A stretch of 64,000 nt of DNA from Longimicrobiales bacterium (GCA_965219445.1 CBDCNQ010000005.1:1638420-1702419), one strand, 5' to 3'; counted from the first letter of the stretch, positions 40,841-52,042 are shown. Notes: generated by a model not told the origin, from the letters alone. Numbers and translations: made by a program.

Positions 40841-41854
40841 TCAAGCTCCTTCAGCCTCGTGGGCCACGTCCAATACGACACCGGCCAGCGAAGCAACCGT
40901 CCCAATCACGAAGGAGACTTCCTCGCGCGAGAAGACTTCGCCGCGGCCATAGTCGTGGACGGCTGCGCTAGCGATTTCCTTGAGCCTCGATGCAATCCCG
41001 GCGTAGGCCTTCGCGCGGGTAGCGTGGTACCCCGAGAGAAGAGGTTCGAGCTTCTTCTCTGGAGCCAGTGATTCCAGGGCCTCAATCACCTTACGGGCTT
41101 CGGCCAGTGCTCCTCCATGATCACCCAACCAAAGACGATGCTGCGCTTCCCGAATCCCGTCGATCGAACGATGCGTGAGTTCGGCGTTCTCTTTCGGGAT
41201 TCGGAGTTCCATGAGCTCGTACGTTCCGTAACCTACGCCTTCGAGGAACTGGAGCCACTCGACCCGAGCCACGGCGAGCCTGAATCCGCGTATCGATGCG
41301 GATAGGTAGCCACCCGGGTGCTCAATCCGCGGCCATAGCTCGATCCACAGTGCGAGGTCGTTCCCGCCTCGCGCCGTCTCCAGTCGTTCGAGTGTCCCTG
41401 GGTCTAGATCGCACGCCAGCTGGAGCTGTGATTCCGACGGATAGGGTTGGGAGCGGATTTCGCAGTGCGCACCGATCCAGTGAACGCTGCCGATCGAGGG
41501 GCCGTTCTCGCTAAGGTAAAGATTCCCTCTCAATTCGGTGAGCCAGTACTCGTCGGGTCGCGCTTTCCCCAAATGAAGCGAGCCGTGGATAGGATTGAGA
41601 TCCACACCGACGACCAGGCCGATGCGCGGGTGTAGCGCGGCGAGGGCAGACACGTTCTGCACTCGCACCTTCCCGACGATCGTCGCTTCGATCAGGATCT
41701 CGGTCTCACCGATGCTCTGCATCCAAAATCCCTCGATCACGGCCAAGAGGCGAGCGAGCAGGCGCTTGTTGGCGCCAGCTGGGCCGGAGCCAATTGACGA
41801 CTGAAATAACTCCTGCTCCTGCTCGACGGTAGGTGAACTCCGTTCGTTACCCAC
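40841..41854 (-). CDS. Hypothetical protein with a possible HEPN-like C-terminus
   Basis: Long open frame; helical C-terminus ALAEARKVIE...ASAAVH. Confidence 0.55.
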   Translation of the reverse strand: MGNERSSPTVEQEQELFQSSIGSGPAGANKRLLARLLAVIEGFWMQSIGETEILIEATIVGKVRVQNVSALAALHPRIGLVVGVDLNPIHGSLHLGKARPDEYWLTELRGNLYLSENGPSIGSVHWIGAHCEIRSQPYPSESQLQLACDLDPGTLERLETARGGNDLALWIELWPRIEHPGGYLSASIRGFRLAVARVEWLQFLEGVGYGTYELMELRIPKENAELTHRSIDGIREAQHRLWLGDHGGALAEARKVIEALESLAPEKKLEPLLSGYHATRAKAYAGIASRLKEIASAAVHDYGRGEVFSREEVSFVIGTVASLAGVVLDVAHEAEGA

Positions 41855-41864
41855 CGACCATGCA

Positions 41865-43133
41865 TCACGCGCGTTCCACCCTGGTACTCTCTCCGGCTAG
41901 GTACGCCTCCCAGTCGTCCATGAGCCGACGGCGGCGCTCGAACAGGTCGGAGCGCATGTAGGCGGCCTCGACCGGGTTCCGGACTACATGGGCCAGGGCC
42001 GCCTCGACGACTTCGCGGGGGTGGTCCGTCTCTTCGGCGGCCCAGTCCCTGAACGACGACCTGAACCCATGCGGCACCGCCGCGATCCCGTGCTTCCTGA
42101 GCAGCCGGCCCATCTGCTCGCCGCCCATCTCTCTGCCGCGCTTGCCGACGAACACGATCGGACTCCCGCCGCCGCCCAGCTTCCGCGCCGCGCCGAGAAT
42201 CTCCAGCGCGCGGCCGCACAGCGGCACACGGTGCGCGCGCAGGCTCTTCATCCGGCTCGCGGGGACCGTCCAGACGCGCTCCTCCCGGTCGATCTCGCTC
42301 CATACCGCCCCGCGGACCTCGACGCCCCGCGCCGCCGTGAGCACCATGAACTCGAACGCCAGCGCGTCCACCTTGCCCGCCTTCGCCGCCCGGACCTTCT
42401 CGATGGCCGCCCCCACCTCGCGGTGAGGCAGGGCCTTCCGGTGTCTGACGACATGTTGCTGGGAGCCGAGCACCGGCAGGAGCCGGTCGCACGGGTTGTC
42501 CGTTCTCCAGTCCATGGCGATGGCCCATTCCAGCACGGCGCGGATGCGGTGGCGAACGATCCGGGCCGTCGGCGGGTTCGCGTGCCAGATGGGTGTGAGG
42601 ATCTCGAGCACGTCGGCGCTCGTCATCTCGGAGACCGGCACCCTCCCGATCCTTGGGAAGACGTGAATCTCGAAGCTGCGATACCAGTTCCTCGGCACCG
42701 CCGCGTTGCGCCATCCGGCGCTCTTCTGCTCGATGACGCGCTTAGCGGCCTCGGCGAAGGTGGGAATGCCCGCCGAACGCCGCTTCTCGGCCAGCGGATC
42801 GCCGCCCGCGCGGGCAAGCTTGCGGTTGGCCAGCGCCTGCTCCCGCGCCTCGGCGAGCAAGACCAGTTGGGCGTTGCCGAGTCCGAGCTCGCGCTTGCGG
42901 CCCCGGATCACGAGCCGCTGAATCCAACTCCGGGTTCCGGTCTTCTGGACGTAAAGGTAGAGACCGTTGCCATCGCAGTGCCTGCCGGGCGGTGCCGAGC
43001 GCACGAAGGCGGTCGAGAGCCGCTTGTGGGGATGGCGGCCCTTGGGCTTGCCTAGGCGGCGCTTGACGGGAGATCGAATCACATTATCCATCCCCCAATC
43101 ATAACTGGGATGGAACGGGATCGCAAAGGGCAC
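41865..43133 (-). CDS. int: P4-like tyrosine integrase (third, diverged)
   Basis: DGNGLYL, LTAARGVE, HGFRSSFRDW, LAH, AYMRSD; AT-rich att-like region upstream (43140-43330). Confidence 0.95.
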   Translation of the reverse strand: MPFAIPFHPSYDWGMDNVIRSPVKRRLGKPKGRHPHKRLSTAFVRSAPPGRHCDGNGLYLYVQKTGTRSWIQRLVIRGRKRELGLGNAQLVLLAEAREQALANRKLARAGGDPLAEKRRSAGIPTFAEAAKRVIEQKSAGWRNAAVPRNWYRSFEIHVFPRIGRVPVSEMTSADVLEILTPIWHANPPTARIVRHRIRAVLEWAIAMDWRTDNPCDRLLPVLGSQQHVVRHRKALPHREVGAAIEKVRAAKAGKVDALAFEFMVLTAARGVEVRGAVWSEIDREERVWTVPASRMKSLRAHRVPLCGRALEILGAARKLGGGGSPIVFVGKRGREMGGEQMGRLLRKHGIAAVPHGFRSSFRDWAAEETDHPREVVEAALAHVVRNPVEAAYMRSDLFERRRRLMDDWEAYLAGESTRVERA

Positions 43134-43712
43134 TGCTGGCAGAACGAGACAAGAAAGAAACTACGTAACCTGTTGTAAATACTGGATGTTATGCACCTAC
43201 CCGGAAATCATTGGACGGTATCGGATTCAAGTTGTGCGTTTTACGGCAAGAAATCGTCTAAGTTCAACCAGGACTGGTCGGAAAATCCGTAAGCGAATGA
43301 TATACAACATCTTAGCTTACATGGCTCCGGTTGCTGTATCACTTCAGATATCCAATTGTGCGCTGGAATCCATGCGACCGCATCGGAGGTCGTCGGACGG
43401 TTTTCGGGCGATTCGACCATCGGCTGCGGGTTGTGGCCTCGTGCCAGAATCGTCTTGACGACGCGCCCCGAGGGTAGGAGTACGCCCGTCGCTTCTGCCA
43501 ACCGCTCCCAGGCCGCCGTTCCAACTCGGGCATATAGCTCCTTCACTCTCTCGACAGCTTCACCTAAGGCCGCCCGTCCACGGTGAATGCTGGACGGGCC
43601 GAGCGTGCCGGCGGTTCGGTTCAGGCTGGCCGTAGCGTGGCAGCCTTGACCCGGGCCCCAGGTGCAGGGAAACTCCTTGAGGTGTCGCACGATCCGAGAT
43701 TCGAGCAACGGG

Positions 43713-44309
43713 ATGCTTCCAGATTACCCAAGTATCAAGAAGAAGGTCAACAGCCTGTTGAGGCGTTACCTCAAGGAGGAGATTGTCAGGCGCTCACCTA
43801 TCCTCAAGGAGATCCGCCAGACGGTGCAGCACGAGGGCCGCGAGGGTACCTACGAAGACGTAGACGGGAGAGAGAGCCCGATCGAATACAAGGAGGTCGC
43901 GGCGGGCTTCTCGCTGACCCGAGACGAAATGCGACAGCCGAACTTCCAATTGGTTGTGTCGAAGTTCGCTGAAATGGCGGAGACCTTCGCTGAAGAACAA
44001 TCGAAGATGCTCTTCGCCACCGTCTCCGAGGCAGCCGAGTCTGTCGGTAACGTTGTCGATGCGAAAGGCAAGCTGACCAAGGAGGCTTTCCTCGAATTGA
44101 TGCGCAAGATGCAAGGGAGCTTCAATCCCCAGACCGGTGAACCTCAGCGCCCGACGATGGTCCTTCACCCGGACACGCTGGCGAAGATCAAGGACGACTT
44201 GGAGACCTGGGAGCAGGATCCAGAGTTCATGGCTGCGCTGTCGGCCATTGAACAGCAACAGCGGCTCGACTGGCGTGATCGAGAATCTAGTAGACGTCTG
44301 GCTGACTGA
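43713..44309 (+). CDS. Hypothetical protein resembling a truncated HK97-fold capsid subunit
   Basis: EEIVRRSPIL, KEVAAGFSLTRDEM, FAEMAETFAEEQSKMLF, LTKEAFLELM, MVLHPDTLAKI; overlaps the next gene by 35 nt. Confidence 0.6.
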   Translation: MLPDYPSIKKKVNSLLRRYLKEEIVRRSPILKEIRQTVQHEGREGTYEDVDGRESPIEYKEVAAGFSLTRDEMRQPNFQLVVSKFAEMAETFAEEQSKMLFATVSEAAESVGNVVDAKGKLTKEAFLELMRKMQGSFNPQTGEPQRPTMVLHPDTLAKIKDDLETWEQDPEFMAALSAIEQQQRLDWRDRESSRRLAD

Positions 44310-44665
44310 GGCATCCGAGCGCTCCTACGAAGCGGCTTTCGGTCAGCTTCTTGTCATCGAAGGCCATCGTGTCATCCAAGGCCCGATGCATCACGCCCAC
44401 GAGCACGGCAAGGACATGATCGCGTGGGATTCTGAAGGCAATCTGTGCGCTTACCAACTCAAGGGGGGAAAGAAAAGCAAGCTCGATAAGGCAGCGGTTG
44501 ACGAGGTTCAGGATCAGTTGTTTACGGCTGCGGCAACCGCAGTGATGCACCCAAGCCTGCCCAGCCCACGTCCCCCTGATCGCGTCTATCTCGTCACCAA
44601 TCAACACACCACTGGCCCGGCCCAGCGGAACCTGTCAACGCCAGTGAGACACTCTTGGAAATCAA

Positions 44666-45673
44666 TTAGAGAGCAATCTCCTGTGTCGTGAGGGATGGGG
44701 TGGGAGGATTGATCCAGACGGCCTCCGGGAGTGGTTTAGGCTTCGGCTCACCGGAGACGAAGCGCTCGGGATGAGCGGCCCATGCCTCACGGAGCACGGC
44801 CTTCCTGCAGGCGATGATCCGATCGGCGTGACCGAAGTGGACCTGTTCGGGGGTCAGCATCGAGATGCCGCCATGGCGGTGCTCGGCATTATACCAACGG
44901 AAGAACGAGCGACAGAAGGTCTTGGCTTGCCCCTGATCCCCGAACCGGCCGGGAAACGAGGGATGGTACTTCAAGGTCTTGAACTGAGCCTCGGAGAACG
45001 GATTGTCATCCGAGACCTGGGGTCGGCCCAACGAGCGGGTCACGCCGAGATCGGCGAGTAGTTGAGCCGTGCATTGGCTCGTCATCGGAGCCCCTCGATC
45101 GGAATGCAGGGTCAGGAGGTGGGGCTGGACGCCATGCTTCAAGCAACTCTGCTGGATCAGCCGGCTGGCCAGGGCAGAGTTCTCCCGATCCGCCACCATC
45201 CATCCCACGACGTAGCGGCTGAAGATGTCCAGGATCACGTAGAGGTAGAAGTAACTCCACTTCTTCGGCCCCAGCAGCCGGGTGATATCCCAGGACCAGA
45301 CCTGGTTCGGGCCCCTCGCCATCAACTCGGGCTTCTGGTATTTGGGATGACTCCGCTGCGCTCGACGCTCCTGAACCGGCACCTGGGAAGCCAGAACGCG
45401 ATACATCGTACGCTCGCTGCACAGGTAGACGTCCTCGTCGAGCAGCGTCGCCACCACCTCGGCTGGGGACCGGTCCACGAACCGCTCCGAACACAGGGTG
45501 TCGAAAATCTTGTCCCGCTCCCTCTCACTTAAGGCCCGGGCGGGGGTCGGGCGGGGCTGCTGATGCCCGGTCGATGCACTCCGACGACGGTAGAACGTGG
45601 CTCGCGGCACCCTGAGCGCATCGCACGCGGGCTTCACCCCTACGTGCTTGGCTAGCTCCTGGGTCGCCTTCAT
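44666..45673 (-). CDS. IS3 transposase OrfB (DDE)
   Basis: WSWDIT, LDIFSRYVVGW, HSDRG, DNPFSEAQFKTLK. Confidence 0.95.
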   Translation of the reverse strand: MKATQELAKHVGVKPACDALRVPRATFYRRRSASTGHQQPRPTPARALSERERDKIFDTLCSERFVDRSPAEVVATLLDEDVYLCSERTMYRVLASQVPVQERRAQRSHPKYQKPELMARGPNQVWSWDITRLLGPKKWSYFYLYVILDIFSRYVVGWMVADRENSALASRLIQQSCLKHGVQPHLLTLHSDRGAPMTSQCTAQLLADLGVTRSLGRPQVSDDNPFSEAQFKTLKYHPSFPGRFGDQGQAKTFCRSFFRWYNAEHRHGGISMLTPEQVHFGHADRIIACRKAVLREAWAAHPERFVSGEPKPKPLPEAVWINPPTPSLTTQEIAL

Positions 45674-46119
45674 GAGTTCGTCCCGTCCTCGAGGCTCAAT
45701 CCCAGCAGCCCTGCAACTTTTCCCTGGACGTCGATGATCAAGTGCGCCTTCTGGAGCTCCTTCTCGAGGCGAGTGTTCTCGCGCTCCAGCTTGCGCACCT
45801 TCTCCTCCAGCGGATTGCGCTCGCGCTTACGGCCTCGTTTCTTCGACAGCGCTTTCAGGGACCCGCTATGCGCCGCCTTGCGCCATGTCGTCAGGTGCGA
45901 CGAGTACAAGCCCTCCCGCCGTAGGAGTCGGCCAACCTCTCCGGGCTCCGTGCACCGGTCCGCTTCTTCGACGATCCGCAGCTTGTACGACGGAGCGAAC
46001 CGCCGGCGCAGCGGCCTATCTACCACCTCCGAGTCCGCAGGAGCTGCCGCGCTTCGCTTACCGTCCCAGGTTGGTGGGGCTATTCCATTCTCTTTCATTC
46101 TCTCTCGGTGTCTCAGCAT
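45670..46119 (-). CDS. IS3 OrfA
   Basis: HTH plus coiled coil; ATGA overlap with orfB. Confidence 0.9.
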   Translation of the reverse strand: MLRHRERMKENGIAPPTWDGKRSAAAPADSEVVDRPLRRRFAPSYKLRIVEEADRCTEPGEVGRLLRREGLYSSHLTTWRKAAHSGSLKALSKKRGRKRERNPLEEKVRKLERENTRLEKELQKAHLIIDVQGKVAGLLGLSLEDGTNS

Positions 46120-48304
46120 CCTCGGTTTCTCTGCCTTCGCCCTACTCTAATTCCTTAGCTGCTCCGTGTCTCACGTAAGTTGGCAGAGAGGGCAGGGGCA
46201 GATCCGTGCCTTGAGCGAGGCCAACCGCAGTCGTGGATTGGCACCGCTGCAACTGATCGAGCGCGCCGATCTCGCCTCCCGATTCGTAGCCGCCGAAGGC
46301 CGGTTCTTTCCCAGTTCTCCGCAGGCTCTCAATACCTTCCTCTCGCTGTTCTTGGCCGATGGACGGGGGGAGTTGCCGAGGCACGACTTCTTTAGGCTGC
46401 TCCAAGAAATCCTTCCGGTGCGTGGGAGCAGACCTAGAGCCGCTGCCGCGGGCCGAGCTATCTCGGCCGCAGCCCTCACGACGGCGTTTGCTCTACGGAG
46501 ATGGGCAGACCTAGATAACCACGCGGAGATTGCGATGGGCTGGATTTGCTACGCAACTCACGTCCTCAGGGCAGCGGAACGATGTCGGCTTGGTCGGTCA
46601 CACTGGGAAAGACCCTATCGATTGGCTCTGGAGGAAGCTCGTCGTCACGCTAGACATCTACTCGATGAGGCGAGCGCAGCCGACGACCTAACCAAACCTG
46701 ATCCTGCCGAACCGCTTGTCTACGCGGCACGCGTGGTCAAAGTGTGCGGTTTGGTATCGGCTTGGACTGTTTCGGAGCGGATCGAGTTCGGTGTCCATCG
46801 TGCCGACCGCGGAGTTGCGGGCCGGCTTGTATTGCGAGAACTAGACTGCCTTCGGGTCTTGGGAGAGGTGCAGGCGCCGGACTACTTTCTTTCCATCTTG
46901 GCAGTAGGCGAAGCAGGGAACTACCGCGTTGCGACGTCAATGCTCTTTCGTTGGCTGAACAGCGTGGCAGCCGCGAATCAGATCGGTTCGACGGCATCCC
47001 TTCCGGATCCTTATCACTCCGTTGAAGATATCCTTCACGACCGCCTCCCTCCGGAGGGTGCCGTCCTTGCCGATGAGGACTTCGCTGGGAGCGCCTACAC
47101 GGCCCACATTGGTGTACGCTGGGCTGTGAGACGCTTGTGGCGCCAAGCCCTTAACGCCAGTTGGGGGAACGTAAGTAGGATTAGTCACTATAGTTTTGAG
47201 CCCAGTGGGCCTAGCGACTACCTTGCGCCTAAGAGTAGCCGCGGTAAGCTGAAGAGTTGGTTCTATCCGATCCCGACGAGTTGGTCCGCCCTTCGCTCCG
47301 AGGCTGAGGAATGTGATTTCTCTCCGCTGCCGCGCGTGTTGCTGAAGTGTCCGGAATTCGTGCCGTTCTATTGTCTCTCCATGCCGCACCGGTTCAACAG
47401 CATCGTTGCGGACCTCCTGGACCAGCTGGCCTCCACCGGCCGGGTGTCGTGACGTAGGGTTTGCAGCCGGATTGAGGGACGGCATACCCGGGGCACGGAC
47501 CTGGCGAGTGCCCGACTCGGTTGGGGGTCCGACCGGGCCGCGTCGCTTCAGCTAGCTCGGGACTCCGGCACCGGCGAACGCGTCGAGCGATGAAGAGGAG
47601 CGCGATCCTTGAACGCCGGAAGATTCCTCTAGGCAATGACCATCACCGGCTCGGGCCATGATCGCGCTCTGGCCCACGCGGCCGCGTCAGATCCAGCGGC
47701 CGCGCGACCTCGCGGCGAGCGTCCCGAAGTAGTCGGCGTACACGACTCCGCAGAGCCGCAAGAGGATCGAGCCGAAGGACAACCTCCGGGTACGTCTGGG
47801 AAGGTCGCCGGATCGGTTGGACGCCCTCTCTATGGCCCTCTGGCAGGAACGCGGCCCCCGACGCTCGACCGGCCTACACCTGTTGAATAGCTGAAAGCGT
47901 CCAAGAGCCCGTTCCATACTGCTGTCAGTGTCCGTCGAATTCGTTTGGGCTTCCACAGGCGTGGCGAGTGCTAGGAACGCCAAGCCAAGCGATAGTCGCC
48001 TCATCGAAAGTCCTATCTGCTCACCGTGCCTTTGCCAACTTACTCGCGCTAGCCACGAATATCCCACCAGTGATGTGAACGGCGCGGAACACTGCTGGCT
48101 GGTTCCTAATGCTGCCAAGCTGGCTCCAATCGCCATCAGCCGGCCTACCGAAGTTGGCCGCAAGCTGGGTTGTCGACCGGTTCATGTCCACCTGGGTCGA
48201 GCGAGTGTGCGTCTCTTGACCAAGTCCCATGCCTAACGGGGCAACTCCTCGCCCCGGGCTAGCAGGATCCATGTTGTCCGCGCCCGCGTGACGCCGACGG
48301 AGCA

Positions 48305-48388
48305 CGCCGCCTGGCAGGCCATGACACAGATGTGGACCGCGTCGTCCCGTCCCGTCCCGTCCTTGAGGGGATGCAGCTGTTGCGGTAG
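48305..48388. repeat. ~90-bp dispersed repeat with a (GTCCC)n tract; inverted copy at 53456-53552
   Basis: Reverse-complement match; 3 full pentamers here versus 6 in the other copy. Confidence 0.8.
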
Positions 48389-49061
48389 TCTGTTGGCGCT
48401 GCGGGGTGTTGCCGGCTACCGCTTGATGCCGTCTGCCGCGCTCGAGGATGCAGGCCCACGAGTCCACCGGCGAGCGGACCTGGGGACCGGGACCGCGGCG
48501 CCGTCGCTCGCTACTGCGACCGCTTGAAGGTATCCTGTTGGGCAGGGATGATCTCACGAAAGAGGGAATCATGACCCTGACCGTTCGAACACTTCGAAAA
48601 CTCGAGAGCGCCGGATTCGACCGTAGCAGGCGGAAGCCCTTGTGGAGGTCTTCGACGCCGCCGGTTGCACACCTCTTGCCCCTACCTCGGAATAGGACGA
48701 TGAGTGCGATTATAGAGTTGGTTGGGATTATTCTTGGGGCGCGGTGGTTTTGGATTCTTGTTAGTGGGATGGGGTTGGGGACGATTCTTTACCTCTTTAA
48801 CCGAGAGCTCGAGAAGATCGGTGAACACCTCGAACACATCCGCGTAGAACTCAAAGATATCGGTGACGCGATTCGCGGGTTCCGACAGTGAGAAATAGGC
48901 GGCGTGCGGCATCAATGCCAATTTCGAGGCGCGATACTGTAGTGCATTCACGCCCAACGCGCTCAGCCCGGTGGTGGCCGGCAAGACGGGCGAGGGGCTC
49001 GTCCCCCGCCCGCGTCCAGCGTCCATGATGTGCCGTTGCCGTTGGGGGGGACAGAGCAAGT

Positions 49062-49587
49062 CAAGGTTGCCTGAAGCATGGCGTCCAGCCCCAGGTCCTG
49101 ACCTTGCACTCGGATCGAGGAGCTCCGATGACGAGCCAATGCACGGCTCAGCTCCTCGCCGATCTCGGGGTGACCCGCTCGCTGAGCCGACCTCAGGTGT
49201 CGGATGACAATCCGTTCTCCGAGGCCCAGTTCAAGACCTTGAAGTACCATCCCTCGTTTCCTGGACGGTTCGAGGATCAGGGCCAGGCCAAAACCTTCTG
49301 TCGCTCGTTCTTCCGCTGCTACAACGCCGAGCACCGCCATGGTGGTATCTCGATGCTGACCCCCGAACCGGTCCACTTCGGGAATGCAGATCAGGTCATC
49401 GCCGGCAGGGAGGCCGTGCTACGCGAGGCCTGGGCCGCTCAGCCCGACCGCTTCGTCTCCGGTGAGCCGAAGCCCAAACCGCTCCCGGAGGCCGTCTGGA
49501 TCAATCCTCCAACCCCCTCCCTCACGACACAGGAGATTGCTCTCTAATTAATTCCCAAGAGTGTCTCACTGGCGTTGACAGGCTCCG
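49062..49587 (+). mobile_element. IS3 3' fragment (same IS type)
   Basis: HSDRG...EAVWINPP; end GTTGACAGGCTCCG. Confidence 0.9.
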
Positions 49588-49723
49588 GAACTCCTCGTGC
49601 TCTCGCATCATCTCGAGGAACCATTCGTGGGTGTCAGCAACCGTGGGGTTTGGCACTGTTTGGGGCTTGTTACCCGTGGCGTGACGCGGGGAGGGAGCCC
49701 CACCGTCCCGAGCTGGCGCCCCT

Positions 49724-50158
49724 CTATGGCCCGGGGTTGGGAACGCCGAGAGCCTTATCCTTCGGGCGGGCTCTCTCGATACGTTCGACTATCCGCACGG
49801 CAGTCTCCGAAGCCCTCTCCGCCTCTGTCTCATCAATTGGATGTCTTAGCTTGGCTGCTCTGGTTCCCACATCGTAGTCTGCCTGCTTTCGGGTGCTATG
49901 TAGCCTTTCGAGTCTGAAGCCGGCCGCCCGAACCTCGCCAACAGTCGAACCCTTGAGAGCTGAAGCCACTCGGGCATGGGCACTCATACCGGAGGCCCCG
50001 TCGGTTGGGATACCCGCACGATCCAGAACCTCTCGTGCATGACCGAAGGCAGCGTAGTAAGCCCTCGAACAGGACGCCCTGTATGAAGCCTCAGCGTGCA
50101 CCGAAGAGTCGGGATCCCTGAGGGCCTCGGCAACCTCAAGATTACGCCGCGGGTCCAT
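49724..50158 (-). CDS. HEPN-domain protein
   Basis: RASCSRAYYAAFGHAR, H..V, L.RLHSTRKQADYD. Confidence 0.8.
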   Translation of the reverse strand: MDPRRNLEVAEALRDPDSSVHAEASYRASCSRAYYAAFGHAREVLDRAGIPTDGASGMSAHARVASALKGSTVGEVRAAGFRLERLHSTRKQADYDVGTRAAKLRHPIDETEAERASETAVRIVERIERARPKDKALGVPNPGP

Positions 50159-50747
50159 CCTGCTCGGCTTCAGATGCGACGGTGAGGTTCAGCGAAGGAG
50201 CTTCTTCAGGTTCCGCTATCTCCGCCAGGAGGTCGAAGAGTTCGTCTTCGATCTGTGAGATGGGACGGATGTCTGCTTTGTCGAGCATGACGGTGAGGCG
50301 ATGGCATGCAAGCGTATCCGGTCCCGTTTCGTCGACCACATGGACGTTGGCCGATAGATCTCGCTTGGTTAGGAAGTCGGAAACGTAGCCGGAGATCTCC
50401 TGGAGGCGCTGATCCGAAAGGGGTGCCGCGCGAGCTGGGATGTACGCAAGGAGCCGGTCAATCGTCTTGGACTGCTCTTCGATTACGCCCTCTCGCTGTG
50501 AGAGTAATGAGTGAAGTGCGGAATCACGAGCCCTAATACCGACCAACCGTCGTATTGAAGCCTGGACGAGTGCCTTCTGCACATTTCGGTCGCTCGCAGC
50601 CCCAATCGACTTCGGGCGGGTTAGAGTGTGATGAGACTTCAGGTACGCCACGCATGCCTGCCTGAGCTCGAAGCTATCCCGGCGATCGAGAACCTCAGCT
50701 CGCGTGAGGTCCTCCTCATGAATCCACCCGGATGGTGTCTCGATCAT
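50142..50747 (-). CDS. Hypothetical protein upstream of HEPN
   Basis: GGAGA RBS; overlaps the HEPN gene. Confidence 0.6.
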   Translation of the reverse strand: MIETPSGWIHEEDLTRAEVLDRRDSFELRQACVAYLKSHHTLTRPKSIGAASDRNVQKALVQASIRRLVGIRARDSALHSLLSQREGVIEEQSKTIDRLLAYIPARAAPLSDQRLQEISGYVSDFLTKRDLSANVHVVDETGPDTLACHRLTVMLDKADIRPISQIEDELFDLLAEIAEPEEAPSLNLTVASEAEQDGPAA

Positions 50748-50760
50748 TCCGTTCTCCCCC

Positions 50761-51435
50761 TCACGACTCTGCGACTTGCTGCAGTGTCAACATGATAACC
50801 GGTATTGCTCTCTCGAGTGCCACAGTGAGGAGACTTGTCTGGAAGGGTGCTTCTATAGTCGTGTAGATCGACGCCGACCCCTTGGCCTCCGGACCATCGC
50901 CTAAGTCAAGTATAGCGCTGTATAACTCCTGCGTGGGATCGTCAGGATCCAACTGGGCAAGGCGAACTCCCTTGATCTGGGTGAAACCAGACACGGGAGA
51001 TCCATTAAGGTCGATCGGCAGTGGAAAAACGAACTCCTCGTCTGGATCGTCCACCACGACCGCTAAGGAAATGTTAGTGACATGAGCGATGCTGGCACTT
51101 GCGAGCACCGGCAGAATTTTCTCCAAGTTTGCGGTGTCCTCATCCTCCTCCCACGTGAAGAGCGGCGTCTCTCTATGCGCGAATCGGTAATGGACTCGAC
51201 TGACCCCATTCTCGGAACCATGAATGCCAAGCGAGACTCTTAGCTCCGGTGACCGGCCCTCATCCGCCTGCGAGAAAAAAGAGAGGAGGTGGATGTCACC
51301 ATCTTCGTCAGTCTCGATCCTTCCCGAGATCTCTTGATACGTGTCCTGATCGAGATCGAACTCGCCAGAAACCGCAAGGCGCGGATGCCGTCCGCTTAGC
51401 CAGCTCGGCAACTCGGGCCACCAGCCGGCTAGCAT
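50761..51435 (-). CDS. Acidic hypothetical protein
   Basis: Open frame, co-oriented with the two downstream genes. Confidence 0.55.
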   Translation of the reverse strand: MLAGWWPELPSWLSGRHPRLAVSGEFDLDQDTYQEISGRIETDEDGDIHLLSFFSQADEGRSPELRVSLGIHGSENGVSRVHYRFAHRETPLFTWEEDEDTANLEKILPVLASASIAHVTNISLAVVVDDPDEEFVFPLPIDLNGSPVSGFTQIKGVRLAQLDPDDPTQELYSAILDLGDGPEAKGSASIYTTIEAPFQTSLLTVALERAIPVIMLTLQQVAES

Positions 51436-52042
51436 TCGACGAAAGAAGATCTGTTCAAGATGGCAGCGATCGGAAACGTCGGCTTTGGCTCCAGCTTCGC
51501 TTTTCTTCCTATCAAGGACCGCTCCCTCTTCTGTGGCTGCCCACCTCCGGACCCGGGGGAAGATCGCTCCCGCGGATCATCCTAGCGCCAGTGATGGCAG
51601 TTCCGCTATCCCTGGGGTCGCCACATTCTCACACAATGGGCGCTCAGGCGTAGCCCGGTGGGGCAATCTGCCCTGATATATACGATCGCGATCGCGATCG
51701 TATTTCGCACGAAATATTTCAGCAGCTCCACCTCCGAACTACGTCGAGGGGTGGGTCGCCGCCCTCGAGGAGGACCCAAGGGAGATCCGCCGCGCCGCGG
51801 CCGACGCACAGAAGATCTCCGACTTCGTGCTGGCCCGAAGCCGTGAGCGTGAAGTGGAGCGCGAGCCGGTGGCCGCTACCCGCGCTCCCGCCCGAGAGCC
51901 CGCCCTCCGGCCGGAGCTCCCGGTTCCGACCCGGAGCTTCGGCCCGAGCCGCTGACGGTCGGTGAGGAGCCAGGAGATGTTCGACCGCACGGTCGAACCG
52001 GACCCGCGGACCGCCGCGCCACCCAACCGCAATCGCTACCGC

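Larger units (their letters stand above)
44626..46192 (-). mobile_element. Complete IS3-family element (1567 bp) with a 3-bp target duplication, CAG
   Basis: orfA and orfB; subterminal IR TG(C/T)CAAC-N5-TGAGACAC; CAG at 44623-44625 and 46193-46195. Confidence 0.92.
44275..47452 (+). pseudogene. Mrr-like PD-(D/E/Q)xK nuclease with a helical C-terminus (535 aa when restored), interrupted by IS3
   Basis: EHGKDMIA...AYQLKGG; removing the IS and one CAG restores ...TGPAQ-GQIRAL... in frame. Confidence 0.75.

Noticed and set aside
43713..44309. Prophage call based on the capsid-like gene
   Set aside because: No terminase, portal, protease or tail genes nearby, and the protein seems too short for a full capsid subunit.
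47460..49060. Fragments of a secreted protein, mobC-like pieces and a small TM ORF
   Set aside because: Too degraded and mosaic to delimit as features.
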